This document shows, one piece after another, positions 1 to 11,400 of a stretch of DNA of 64,000 nucleotides (positions are counted from its first letter, which is position 1; every line of letters starts with the position of its first letter). The stretch is from Mayamaea pseudoterrestris (lineage: Eukaryota). Location of the stretch: contig BROI01000020.1 in assembly GCA_027923505.1 (NCBI GenBank), positions 558,001 through 622,000 of the forward strand, given 5' to 3'. The notes under the pieces are model-generated. The model saw only the letters and a program-made list of their open reading frames with translations, was not told where the DNA came from and searched no databases. A program made the translations under genes and the position numbers.

Positions 1-1687
1 ATGCCTTCCAGGGCGACCGCTGCCGAACAACAAATGCTCGGTCGTCAATGACAACCCAGCCGGTGAACGGATCGGTAAAGGAAGTGAGCGCCCGCTGCGC
101 CTTGACAGCTCTAGCCGCCGCGTGCGGAAACATGACATCGTACCATGCCGCATCGGCCTTTGACAGGACTCTCGAAACGGCTCCCCACGGTTCAAATTTC
201 ACGTCCAAAATCACGGCACTCCCACCCGGCGTACCATCGGTTCCATTCATCAGCACATAGTAACGATCCACTCCATACGAACCAACGCCCGATCCAACGC
301 GTCTCGCTACATCCACCACTTTATAGTAGTCATCGTCCCACTCGCGGACGCGAAAGCCCATCTTTTGCATCGTGGCTCCGTACTGATCCGACGTGAAAGT
401 TTGCTTGATTCGCTCCTCCAAGTCCGAGTCAATCTTTTCGAGTTTCATTGCCTCCTTCTTGACGAGCCGTCGTTCCATTGTCGAATTGTTCATTTCCGTG
501 TACTTGTCGAGCTGCTTGTACTGGGAATTGACCGATTCAACGTGCTTTAAAAAGTCTCGTAAACTTCCTTGGGAAGTCTTTGGTGTAATTTCGCTCACCA
601 AGGCCACGTCGTTGCCAACGTAGGAAAAGACTTTGGCAACGTACGTGCCAAGAAAGGCGTAGACAATGTTCTTAATGGCGTTTGGCTTGAATCCGTTGGT
701 GTAGGCGTGGTTGTAGATGGAAACTGCGATGCGAATGACGTCAATGTGAAAGTCTGAATGAAGCGAGCAAGAAGCGACGAATTATGAGTGAGTTGCCAGA
801 AACGAGACAGACAATTACGATCGTGTAACACAGTCAAAGCTAACGAAACAATCAGCTTTGATCGTGCAGAGCAGCCATAGCTAGCCAGCCCAAGCCCTTT
901 GCCCCTCCTCCAACGTACCATATATCGCCGCCTCATCAAAGTCATTGACTCCAAAAACAACCTCCCCACCCCGATTCTTCCACGCCCCAAAGTTCGACAA
1001 GTGTTGATCACCGGTGATCCACGTATACAATGACTTTTCGCTAAACGGAATGCCATCCATTTTGGGTTGTATGCCGATACTGCTCAACGTAAAGTTGCTC
1101 CACTTGCCGCCGGCAAAGTCCAGCCAAAACAGTTGCGCCGTGGCGCGGTAAAAGACGCTGTAGTCTTGCGACTGAATGTTGTATTCCTCCACGAGTACGC
1201 TTCGCGGAACGCCAAAGGCTTCGGCGCGCTGCATGAACACGTCAATGACGTGACTGCAGCGCTTGCTGGCGGATGGTGGCTTCCAGTACTTGCGGTTGGT
1301 GGAACCTTCCAATGGAATGGAGGAGGAGAATGATGATGTCTTATCGTGCTTATCTTCTATGGTTGTCGTCGTCATGACTTCAATGGGCGAATCATCGTAA
1401 ACGTCATTGTCAAAAAACCTTCTCCAATCGGTTGATGCTTGCTTTGTTGCTGTCACGCTTTGGAATGATGTTCCATTGGCTTGCGTATGACGGCTGCAGC
1501 GAGTTTGAAGCAGCGCGAGACTTGCAAAAAGAGCAACGACTGCAGCAGCTGCACCGGCAATTGCAGTAGTTTTGCGAGGAGACCCTCTTGGTTCCGTTTC
1601 TGTCAATGTAACTGCTGCTGTCGGAAGGAGGCATTGTCGCTCACCAATAGCATCAGAAGCATCAAGATGCTGATTCGTTTGCCGCAT
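1..1687 (-). CDS. DUF2252-family (kinase-like) protein with N-terminal hydrophobic anchor, copy A, 3' end outside window; intron 754-918
   Basis: Motifs FYRATAQLF, WITGDQHLSNFG and FGVNDFDEA; splicing GT(918)..AG(754) joins AIY-D-FHIDVIRIAVS in frame. Paralogous to 24579-26525. Confidence 0.85.
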
Positions 1688-2152
1688 TATTATGAAAGTT
1701 GCGTGCAGCAAACAGCAAGCTGTAAAATCCTTTTGTCCCTTTTAGTCTATTTAATGCGAGAGATATACCGAGTAGCCAAACGATCCAATCTTGGATGGAT
1801 TTGTCGTCATGGTGGAGCTCATGGTTGCAGTTCGCGATCTTTTATCTTGTCGCTCTGGTAATGGGTCGACTGGCTGGCTCGATGATTGTCACGCCAGCCG
1901 GACGATCGCTCTCACAATTTCTCGACGCTGGAACCGACGTGAGCTTGCTCAGCTCGCTATCCATCGAGCCACATCAAACGCAATGCTTGCGATTCACACT
2001 TCAGGACCATCCCATTATTGCTATATAGACAGCGCTTATAGCTACCATCTAAACACTGCTCGTCAGCTTATTTTTTCTGAACCTTTATACTCCATACTCT
2101 GCTGCTCCCCGATACAAATGACAGTCATTTTCCATCTCAATCTTCAACAATC

Positions 2153-3295
2153 TCATCGCAGGTGCAAAAACCACACCAGCAATAGTCGCGATCCATTCGT
2201 AATCTCCCGACCCGCATGCACCAACGATCCCGGATGAAAGAGTAGCTCACCCCGCTCCAATCGCACCGTCGCATCCAAGTCGCAAAAGTACGTGCCACCA
2301 CCCTGATACTCGTTCGAATGACTCAATAGCAACTGCGCCGTCACATCGCACTTGTCGTGATGCAGCGGCACGCCAGAGTGCGACACGTCATACTTTAACA
2401 CGTGCGGCTGGTTGGTATCCATGCGCACCACCGGAGGCCGCTGGCAGCGAGAGCCCGCGTAGAGCTGCTGGAGCGACCACACCACAAAGTCCGTCAACGG
2501 TTGCGCAAGCGACATGCCTCCCGGAATCTCCGCCAGCGGCAAATCTTGCTTGGTTAAACTGTACAAGTTGGTTTCCCAGCCGTGGCGACGAGCATTGGCG
2601 TGACTCTCGGCGCGCGCCATGATTGGTTCCAGCAGTGGAAGTAGCGCGTCGGGAAGTTGCGTTTTAAAGACGCAACATTGCGGCGGTCCAATCCTCGTGG
2701 CGGCAAACTGGTAGCTGTGTGAACTGGAGGAGGATCGCGATAAAGTCATTTGCGAAAGCTGCAGTGGAGGTGGTGGCGGCGCGCAGCCACCCAAGTCCTC
2801 CATGGCCCGGCACGTCAAAATGGCAATGTCTTCCACCGAGGATGCTCCGCACGTAACGTCTTCCGCGCCGCAAGGAAAGCAGTCGTTTGGTGTCGAAAAG
2901 TCGCCGTCGTGGTTATGCGCTTGCGGTGGTGTGCGTAACGCTGGTGGTGGCTGCAGGGGTCGAGCTGCATAAACGGGAGTCTCCATCAGCTTGCCTTTGC
3001 TCGCCATTTGCTTGGCGGTAGCGTTTGCCATGGCCATTCTCTTGCAAGACGGCAATGGCAGCGGCGGCGGCGGTGGAACAGAGACACTTGCCACTGGCGT
3101 GCCCTGTTCCTGAAAATGTGGCTGCACGCGCGAGGTACCCGCCAAAGCCCGCAGGCACGCTTTCGTTTGGAGGTACAACGGTCGATGCTGCGTTTGACGC
3201 TTGTGCTTGGTGGACGCTTCGTCAAACGGAACATTGTCGTCGTCGTCGTCGGGAATGACGTGCGGGAGTTTGCGATGATTGGAGCGATGGTTCAT
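2153..3295 (-). CDS. 2OG-Fe(II) oxygenase (prolyl/lysyl hydroxylase-like C-terminal domain), copy A
   Basis: HxD motif LHHDKCDVT, then EYQGGGTYF, distal His in FHPGSLVHAG and 2OG-binding Arg in GSRLLLVWF. Confidence 0.88.
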   Translation of the reverse strand: MNHRSNHRKLPHVIPDDDDDNVPFDEASTKHKRQTQHRPLYLQTKACLRALAGTSRVQPHFQEQGTPVASVSVPPPPPLPLPSCKRMAMANATAKQMASKGKLMETPVYAARPLQPPPALRTPPQAHNHDGDFSTPNDCFPCGAEDVTCGASSVEDIAILTCRAMEDLGGCAPPPPPLQLSQMTLSRSSSSSHSYQFAATRIGPPQCCVFKTQLPDALLPLLEPIMARAESHANARRHGWETNLYSLTKQDLPLAEIPGGMSLAQPLTDFVVWSLQQLYAGSRCQRPPVVRMDTNQPHVLKYDVSHSGVPLHHDKCDVTAQLLLSHSNEYQGGGTYFCDLDATVRLERGELLFHPGSLVHAGREITNGSRLLLVWFLHLR

Positions 3296-3850
3296 GCCGT
3301 GTTTGCAGAATTAATGGAGTAGCGAGGAAACTGGAGCTAGAAGAAGTTGGAGATCAAGGGCTGCTGTTTGGGTTGTAACAGCTCCTCCTCCACTTGCAGC
3401 AGCATTGGAGTTGTCCGTTTTCGCATCGTACTTAAAAAGGTCTGATCTCGCCATGGTTTTCGCAGAGAGTCGACACATGGCTAGCGCGATTGTGGAGTGC
3501 GCGTAAGGACGCATGGTGCATGATTATGTAGATGGCAGCATTGCTCGAGGTGTGTCTCGTTATAGGAGTTATTCAGCACTGAGTGGATTTACTGAACAGG
3601 GTGTGAGCGATAGTCCTGCCATTATCGGTGCAGCTATCAGGTGACGGATTGAGTGTATTGAAACAATAAGGTTGGCAATGAGAGGCTAGCTAATGTGATG
3701 ATGTCGTTCCCCACGACTCGATTTTGGTCGCGGATGCGTGACATGCCGATCCTCCATCCACCATGAAGATTTTCGCCGCGTCAGCCGTCGATCAAACATC
3801 ATTGGCTTGCTCGAGAATCTTTAGCGAGCATTACTAAACGATAGTTTATC

Positions 3851-5164
3851 TGAGAATTCTCCTTCCTATTATTTGCCTCGCAGCATACGCCAAGCTATCG
3901 AATGGTCTCGCTTTGGAGAATCCTCGTCGTTTCTCGACTGCTTCCAAAGAAACGCAACAATCTACATTTAGCATCAATCAACCTACATCCAGCAAGCTAT
4001 CTCGTCGCCAAGTCATGAACCATGCAGCAGCTAAGCGTAACGACTGCAGCCTTTGCCGCGACGCGGAGTGGTTTTTGTTCCGTCATGTGCGTTGCTGCTC
4101 GACAAACTCCTCTATTAATGAGAGCTGCCACCACTGCCACCACTACCAAGATTCCCACCGTCTCACTCGGCAAGTCCAAGCTCCAGCTATCACGCTCCAT
4201 CCAGGGCTACTGGCAACTGGCCGGCGGGCACGGCAAGTACCGCAAGTCCGACGCCACGGCGAACATGGTGGCGCACTACGACGCCGGATTCACTTCGCTC
4301 GATACCGCCGACATTTACGGACCGTCGGAGCGCATCGTTGGCAACTTTGTTGGAATGCAATTGCAACAAAAACCAGTTGTTTGCACCAAGTTTTGCTGCT
4401 TTCGCTTTCTGGACGATATTGATCGCGCTGAAGTCCGCGACCGCATCCTCAAGGCGTGCGAGCGACTTCAAGTGAAACAACTGCCGCTCGTGGCCTTGTT
4501 TTGGAGCAACTACGACATTAAACGCTACGTGGATGTGGGACTGTACTTGGCGGAGCTGCAGGAGGAGGGATTGATTGGCGAAATTGGCGCCACCAACTTT
4601 GACTTGATTCGTCTGCAGGAACTGCATAAAGCGGGCGTGCCCTTGGTGAGTCACCAGGTGCAGCTGAGCGCACTGGATCGGCGGCCAATCCAGTCGGGCA
4701 TGGTCGACTGGTGCCACGAACATGACATTAAGATTATTAGCTTTGGTTCCGTGGCGAGCGGCATTTTGAGCGACGCCAGCTTGAACGCACCATCACCACT
4801 GACGAAACAGGAGCAAACGACGGCGAGTTTGCGATTGTACTCGAGCACGGCGGAGCGGTTCGGCGACTGGTCGTTGGTGCAGGAGCTGCTCCACGTCATG
4901 CGTGAGATTGCCCAAGGTGTTCGTAACGACGGCCGCTGCGCGCAGGCAAATATTAGCAACGTTGCGCAGCGCTACGTGCTCGATACTCCCGGCGTGGCGG
5001 CAATCATCATTGGCGTGCGCAATGTAAGCCATTTGGAGGAGAATGTGAGGACGCACTCGTTTACGCTAACAGCGGAGGAAGTGGACGCAATCAATCAAGT
5101 GGTGGCCAAGCGAAAGGGACCGAAAGGTGACGTGTGGGACATTGAACGAGGTTATGTCGTATAA
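3851..5164 (+). pseudogene. Aldo-keto reductase family gene, copy A; start codon lost and leader frameshifted relative to copy B; enzyme domain open from ATG 4022
   Basis: GYWQLAGGHG, DTADIYGPSE, IGATNFD, SHQVQLS and IIGVRN motifs. TTTATC-TGAGAATTC at about 3845-3859 versus TTTATCATCATGAGAATTC in copy B; further indels at about 4030-4125. These could be consensus errors. Confidence 0.7.
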
Positions 5165-5599
5165 CATGTTTATAGTTGTCATGCGAAAGTAAACCTTTTT
5201 TGTTTGAATACAAAATTTAAATATCATGAGCAAGTCACTGATCAAATACTTATTGGCAACAAAGAGATAGCTAATGACAGACTTTGATATAATGATGGTA
5301 CTTGCTATTGCTGCTATTGCTTCTTCTATTGCTTCTCTCTCAATACTTTTGGTCTCTTCACAAGCTTTTGAGAGAAACGTGTTCGCAGCAAACGAAAATG
5401 CGAGCATGCGAAAAAGAGACGTTTCGAACGAAGCGACGACGTCGATGATTACGAGGATGACGTGGCGAGACCCAGTGTGACATATGCAACAACGGTGCGA
5501 CATCCAGAAACGGTACGACATTTACACGTTTTAAGAGCAACGCCAACCACAACGCAACACATTTTTCTTTGATGCAACTCCAGTATTTAAACGGTAACA

Positions 5600-7360
5600 A
5601 TGGGTCGACGCAAGCATCCAAGGAGATCAAACGACTTTAGCAGTGATGTTCAGCAGCAGCAGCAGCAGCAAAATGTAGCTGCTAGCGAAGCGCCCGCCAT
5701 CAAGCGACCATGGCACAAGAAGAAACAGAAGAAGTGGCATCCGCGCACGACGTGGATGGAACAAGTCATTGACAGAAACAACACGAACAAGGGGCAGCCG
5801 CTTGTTATACTACTTGATGATGATGATAATAATAATTATCAAGTAGCCGCTGCTGCTGCTGCTGCTGCTGGCGAGTGCAATGCATCGCCCTGCGCCGCAC
5901 GAGCCAGCGCGCAGCAACTGACGATACTCATGACGCGCGTCTTGCTGGAGGATGATTTTTGGAAACAAACGACTGCAAATACTGCAGCCGAGCAGGCGAA
6001 CGAAACTAAAATGATAGACGAAACTAACATGACGGACGAAAAGGTCGACGAACAAGAAGCAGTAGATGGCGACGGAGCTGCAGATGCACATGAGGAAGGA
6101 TTGACTGCTGCTAATGCTGATGCTGCAACAGTCATGAATTTAACAGTCGACTCGCTCAAATCTACGTCTACAGATGCAGCAGCAGCAGCAGCAGTAGCAG
6201 CAGCAGAACACAATGACAAGATATTATTATTCTGCAAACTAGTCATTCGCAACCATTCCTCCTGCTCCCTTGCTCCTCCACGTATGCCCAAGCACGTGAA
6301 ACTACTGCCGCGCGGAAACAATGGCGATGGCATTCTGAATCCCTATGCCAACATTTCCAGCAAGTTTTGGGCCCAGCGGCATCGCCTCTTCTCCAAATAC
6401 AATAGTGGCGTGCGACTGGACGAGCCGGAGGCTTGGTACAGTGTCACGCCGGAAGCGATTGCACATCACGTGGCGCGTAGAATGCTCGGCGAGCAAGAGA
6501 CTGCTGCTGCTGCAATGACTGGAAACGATCATGACGCTGCTAAAACACCAAAACAACGTCGCCCACTCATTATATTGGACGCCTTTTGCGGCTGGGGCGG
6601 CAATTCAATTGCCTTTGGCCAGCATGCCAACGTGTTGGTGGTTGCCGTGGATTTGCACAGGAGCCGGCTCGAACAGGCGGCGCACAATGCCAAGATTTAC
6701 AACGTACCAGCCGAGCGATTAATCTTGGTGCATGCGAATGCGCTGCAAGTCATGGAACACTATCGAAATGGAAGGCGTATATTGAAAACAGCGCATGAAG
6801 CCGGTAGTCAATCCCATGTGTCAGCATCATCATCAGCTGCTGCAGCAACCATTGACGGCTACCGCATTGGAGGATTGGAGCTACTACCCGACTACATTGA
6901 CGCCATATTCCTGTCACCGCCGTGGGGAGGGCCATCGTACCAAAGGGCGAGCAGCAGCAACTCGGACGACTCGTTTTCGCTGAGCCGCATTCAGATTCAG
7001 AAACAGTTGCTTCCTACTGACGACAGCGAGATTGCCATTGAGAGTGGAGCAGCTGACGGTGCACCCGAACAAATGGTTTGTGGTAGCACTGAAGCATTTG
7101 TCAATGGCGCGGAACTGCTTGCCATGGCGCTGCGTGCATTGCCCATGAAAGCACAATACGACGACCACGAGTCAGCATTAGTGTCAAGCGACGACGATCC
7201 AATTTATACGCCAAAATTTCGTTTGGCCTACTTTTTGCCGCGCAACATTGACGGGGTGAGCGTTGGTCGCGCCGCCTGGCAAGCTGGATATTGTCAAAGT
7301 TTGGAACTGGAGCAGCAATACTTGCAGCACAAGTTCAAAACGGTCACGGCGTACTTTTAG
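5600..7360 (+). CDS. TGS1: Trimethylguanosine synthase (RNA cap guanine-N2 methyltransferase)
   Basis: KFWAQRHRLFSKY, WYSVTPEAIA, SAM-binding ILDAFCGWGGNSIAF, AAHNAKIYNV and catalytic FLSPPWGGPSY. Confidence 0.93.
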   Translation: MGRRKHPRRSNDFSSDVQQQQQQQNVAASEAPAIKRPWHKKKQKKWHPRTTWMEQVIDRNNTNKGQPLVILLDDDDNNNYQVAAAAAAAAGECNASPCAARASAQQLTILMTRVLLEDDFWKQTTANTAAEQANETKMIDETNMTDEKVDEQEAVDGDGAADAHEEGLTAANADAATVMNLTVDSLKSTSTDAAAAAAVAAAEHNDKILLFCKLVIRNHSSCSLAPPRMPKHVKLLPRGNNGDGILNPYANISSKFWAQRHRLFSKYNSGVRLDEPEAWYSVTPEAIAHHVARRMLGEQETAAAAMTGNDHDAAKTPKQRRPLIILDAFCGWGGNSIAFGQHANVLVVAVDLHRSRLEQAAHNAKIYNVPAERLILVHANALQVMEHYRNGRRILKTAHEAGSQSHVSASSSAAAATIDGYRIGGLELLPDYIDAIFLSPPWGGPSYQRASSSNSDDSFSLSRIQIQKQLLPTDDSEIAIESGAADGAPEQMVCGSTEAFVNGAELLAMALRALPMKAQYDDHESALVSSDDDPIYTPKFRLAYFLPRNIDGVSVGRAAWQAGYCQSLELEQQYLQHKFKTVTAYF

Positions 7361-8239
7361 ATTAAATAAGGCTATTACTCAGACTAAGTTTGTACATGTC
7401 GTGCCATTTGAATGGTAATGGCAAGCTATGTTCTATCGACTGTAACGAGGGAATAAGTAGCTCGTCAAACTCTGAGTGTCGCACCGCGGTGCCGATAACG
7501 CTGCGACACACCGCTTGCCATCAACCATCATGGTCAAATTCGACCATGAGGATTGCACGCCATTGATTTCTCCCAAGATGAGACTATGCGTCTCACTAGA
7601 CGACAAAATGGAAGCAGAAGACGTTGTAAATGCTCCTTGACTATATTGCTAGCTTTGATTATCTCTCTAGCAATTCTACTGCTCTGTCTACTGCTGCATC
7701 GGGTTTCACTTGGATCGAATCCTTCATTCACCGAGCAATTTCGAACAAATGGTTTAAAAACGCATCATGGATCTCCACCAGGCATCTTTCTGCTCGGAAT
7801 GCATCGATCCGGAACGTCGGCCTTATGCCGACTCTTGGCGCAAGCCTTTGACCTTGTCCTTGACGATGCTCATGATGCTGATAACAAAGTCAATGCGACG
7901 AATCTCATTGGCGGCCGCTTCGCCAACGCGCAAGGCTACTACGAACGCACCGACGTGGTGTGGCAAAACAATCACTGGCTCGAGCAATTGAACCTTTCGG
8001 CCTTTTCTCACGTCAAGCGACTGCAGAAGGAGCTGCCAGTGAAACTGCATCTGCAAGAACAACAACAAGAAGACTCGATGTTTTTGCCACTGGATGGAAA
8101 TGGAACGCACGTGATTGACTTTTTGATGCGAAGACAAACAAGAATGACTATCAGCAAGAAGCAAGAGCCTTCTCTAATGCAGCAGCGACAGCCATGGCTC
8201 GTCAAGGATCCTCGTTTATCATTGACCCTTCCACTGTGG

Positions 8240-8450
8240 TGTTGAGCATGGATGAGAACCCAAACCGAAGCGGCAGCGGTGACGTCACGAAGACGGTCAC
8301 ATTTAAGTAAGCGCGGTAAGCGGCAACCGAAGGAGTGGATCGAGGACGATCACTTCTTGGAGAAAATAAGTAAAGTGGTTTTATTGACTCTGTTCTGCTT
8401 AATCATTAGTGTCGCTTCAAGGGCGCGCAAGATATATTCTAGATCCAACA
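8240..8450 (+). repeat. 5' LTR (211 bp)
   Basis: TGTTGAGCATGG...AGATCCAACA; identical to the 3' LTR apart from 63 extra bp between two TAAGTAA motifs (8304 and 8367). Confidence 0.97.
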
Positions 8451-8464
8451 TTTTCTCCAAGAAG
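8450..8464 (+). promoter_or_regulatory. Primer-binding-site position, complementary to LTR-internal 8353-8367 (putative self-priming site)
   Basis: ATTTTCTCCAAGAAG is the exact reverse complement of CTTCTTGGAGAAAAT; it lacks the TGG start of a PBS for a tRNA 3' CCA end. Confidence 0.8.
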
Positions 8465-8477
8465 CGAGTGAAAAGAC

Positions 8478-11400
8478 ATGTCTTCGACGAGCAATACTCC
8501 GACGACAGGAGCGGCGTCGAGCGGTGGAGGTGCACCTCCCGCTCCGCCAGCAAGCGAAGGAAACCGACGCAACCGTCATTATCGTCGTGGGAATCGTGCT
8601 GGGAATCGTTCCGGGAATCAAGGCAATGGTAACAGACTCAACGGACCGAGTCGTGCGCCGAGTGGAAATTTCTGGGCGAAGCGAGCCGACGCTCGCTGGA
8701 TTCATCTACGACTATAACGGTTCGCGCGATCCCGATGGATTCATCCGTACGACGAACGAGATCATCACTTTCGTCGGGCGCTCCTACAAGAAATATACCA
8801 AGGAGCTGCTCAAGGGCATGCGCAACGTGGAACTGGAGATTCCTGACGAGCCTGCACGTCCAACGAAGGATGCCGACACGACGGACTCGGACTGGTCCAT
8901 AATGCTCGAGGAATACAAGGCCGACAAGAAAGAGCATGTCGAGCGCGTGCGTGTATACCCGACTTCCTCGCTGGTCTCTACGCCGTGTTGCATGGACAAT
9001 GCACGGAGCGTATGAAGGATCGTGTCAAGTCGCACGCCAAGTTCCGAGACGCCGAGGAGGACACGGACGGAATTAAGTTGCTGGCGATTATCAAGGAGAT
9101 CTCGCATACGTACGAAGGGCGCTGCAAACTTGTGGATCAAGTCGTGGACATTCAAGCTGAGTTGTTCGGACGTACTCAAGGAGCGCGCGAAAGCCTGCAG
9201 AAATATTACGAAAGCATGGTCACGCTGGCAGACGTGGCGAAGGCGGTTGGCGTCACGATGCACAACGAGATTGTGGCGTTGAACATTGCCAAGGATGACA
9301 ATCGTAACAAGGCGAACAAGGAGGATATCAAGGCCGCCGAAGAGCTCGAGCTTGCGATGCTTTTCGTGCGTGGCGCAACGGGCGAATACGCTGGGTATTG
9401 CAAGCACTTGCGCAACTGCTACCTCGACGGGCACGACAACTTCCCGTTGACGATCCACGATGCATACAACATCATGCAGCGTCGTGAGCATGCGGATGGA
9501 GAAGCCACGTTGCCAACGAACGAGGGCGTGGCGTTTCACACGACTGGTACAGCGCGTGACCCTCCCAGATGCTGGACCTGTCAACAGGTTGGTCATGTGC
9601 AGCGAGACTGTCCTACGAGAACGGAGTCTACGGAGAGTGCGCCGGCTGCAGAGGCTAGTGGGGCGCAGCACTTCACGCTGGGTAGCGAGGAAGAAAGCGA
9701 TGACGACGATGAGGTCGGATACATGTTCGCGCAGCCGCCGAAGGTGAACATCTCGAAGAAGGCTGTGCTCTTGGACAATCAGTCGACAGTGGATCTGTTC
9801 TGCAACGCCAAGATGCTGACGAACATTCGCCCGGTGCCAACGTGGATGGTGACGGCGCAACGCTGGTACAGTAAGGACGAACATGATGGGCGACCTGGAG
9901 GGCTATGGTCCGGTGTGGTGGTATCCGCAGGACTGGCGAACATTTTGAGTTTGGCGCAAGTCCGCAAGAAGTTTACCGTGGAGTATCTCATGCACGGCGT
10001 GGATCGTCCAATGTTCGTTGTGGAGAAGCCGGATGGTAAGCAGCGAGAGTTTGTCGAGACTGACTCTGGGCTGTATGTTTGCGAGAGCTTTTCGAAGGGC
10101 AAGCGCAGCGATGTCAAGGATGGAGTGGCGATGTTGACTACGGTAGACGATAACCGTACTAACTACACCAATGATGACTATTTACGCGCTGTTAGAGCTA
10201 GGGAACTGCAAATCAAAATTGGACGGCCAAGCCTCAAGGATTACCTGCGCATCGTTACTAGCAATCAGTTGCCGAACTGTCCTGTGACGAAGGCCGACAT
10301 CCTGGCTGCTGAGCACATCTTTGGACCAGATGTTGGCTCGTTAAAAGGAAAGACGACGCGTCGCGCGTCGCATCTGGTGAAGCCTGCGATTGTTGAGCAG
10401 CTTCCACCGGCTATCATGAGTCGCTATCGAGACGTTACTCTTTGTGCTGACATCATGTATATCAACAAAGTCCCTATGTTGGTGACGTTCTCCCGCAGCA
10501 TTCGTTTTGCTACGGTTGAGGTGATTCAAAACCGTACGCTTCCGGTTATGTTGAAGGCAATCGAGTCTGTGTTGAAGATTTACGCACGCGGTGGGTTCCG
10601 TGTCGTCGCGGCTCTGATGGATGGGGAGTTCGCTCCAATGCTTGGCGCGTTGGCTGATCTCGGAGTGGCGCTCAATGCGACATCTGAGGATGAACACGTT
10701 GGCGAAATTGAACGTTTTATCCGTGTCGTGAAAGAACGGGTGCGCGCGACATACAACACGTTGCCATTTAAGCACGTGCCGGCACGCTTGGTTATCGAAA
10801 TGACGAAGTCTGCCGTGTTTTGTTGAATGCGTTTCCGAACGAGCGTGGCATTTCGAAGGATCTCAGTCCACGCACTATTGTGACTGGTCAGACAGTTGAC
10901 TTTAATCGGCATTGCAAGTATGAATTTGGTCAGTATGTGCAAACGCATGAGTCGCACAGCAATGACATGCAGGCGCGCACGATCGGTGCGCTGGCTCTGC
11001 GCCCGACTGGTAATGTGCAGGGTGGGTTTTATTTCCTCAGTTTGTCTTCGGGCAAAGTTCTGAATCGTGGGCACGCTACGCCTTTGCCCATGCCTGATGA
11101 TGTCATTGAGCGCGTGCATCGTCTCGCTCGTCAACAGAAGGCCAATCCGGGCATCGTGTTCATGGACCGCCACCGTGTTGCGGAGGCTGCTGAGCCAGTC
11201 ATGTGGCACGAAGATGACGCCGAGGATGATGATGACTCTGATTATGATGACGACGCTTCTCGCGGTGACGACGACTCTGCCGGCGGAAGCGAAGGAGTGA
11301 ATGCGACCGATGACGACGACGACGACGACGATGGTGCTGACGGCGCAATCGAAGGAGTGCCGAACGACGAGGATGGTGAGGCCATTGACGGCGAACTTGA

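Larger units (their letters stand above)
1..5285. repeat. Segmental duplication, copy A (DUF2252 + 2OG-Fe(II) oxygenase + aldo-keto reductase); left end runs off the window
   Basis: Position 1 (ATGCCTTCCAGGGCGACCGC) matches 24848. The copies stay colinear until ...GCTAATGACAGACTTT at 5285/30159. The same three genes occur in the same order and orientation. Confidence 0.97.

Noticed and set aside
5640..6210. CAG/GCT/GCA trinucleotide runs
   Set aside because: They encode ordinary poly-Gln and poly-Ala tracts in a disordered N-terminus, common throughout this window.
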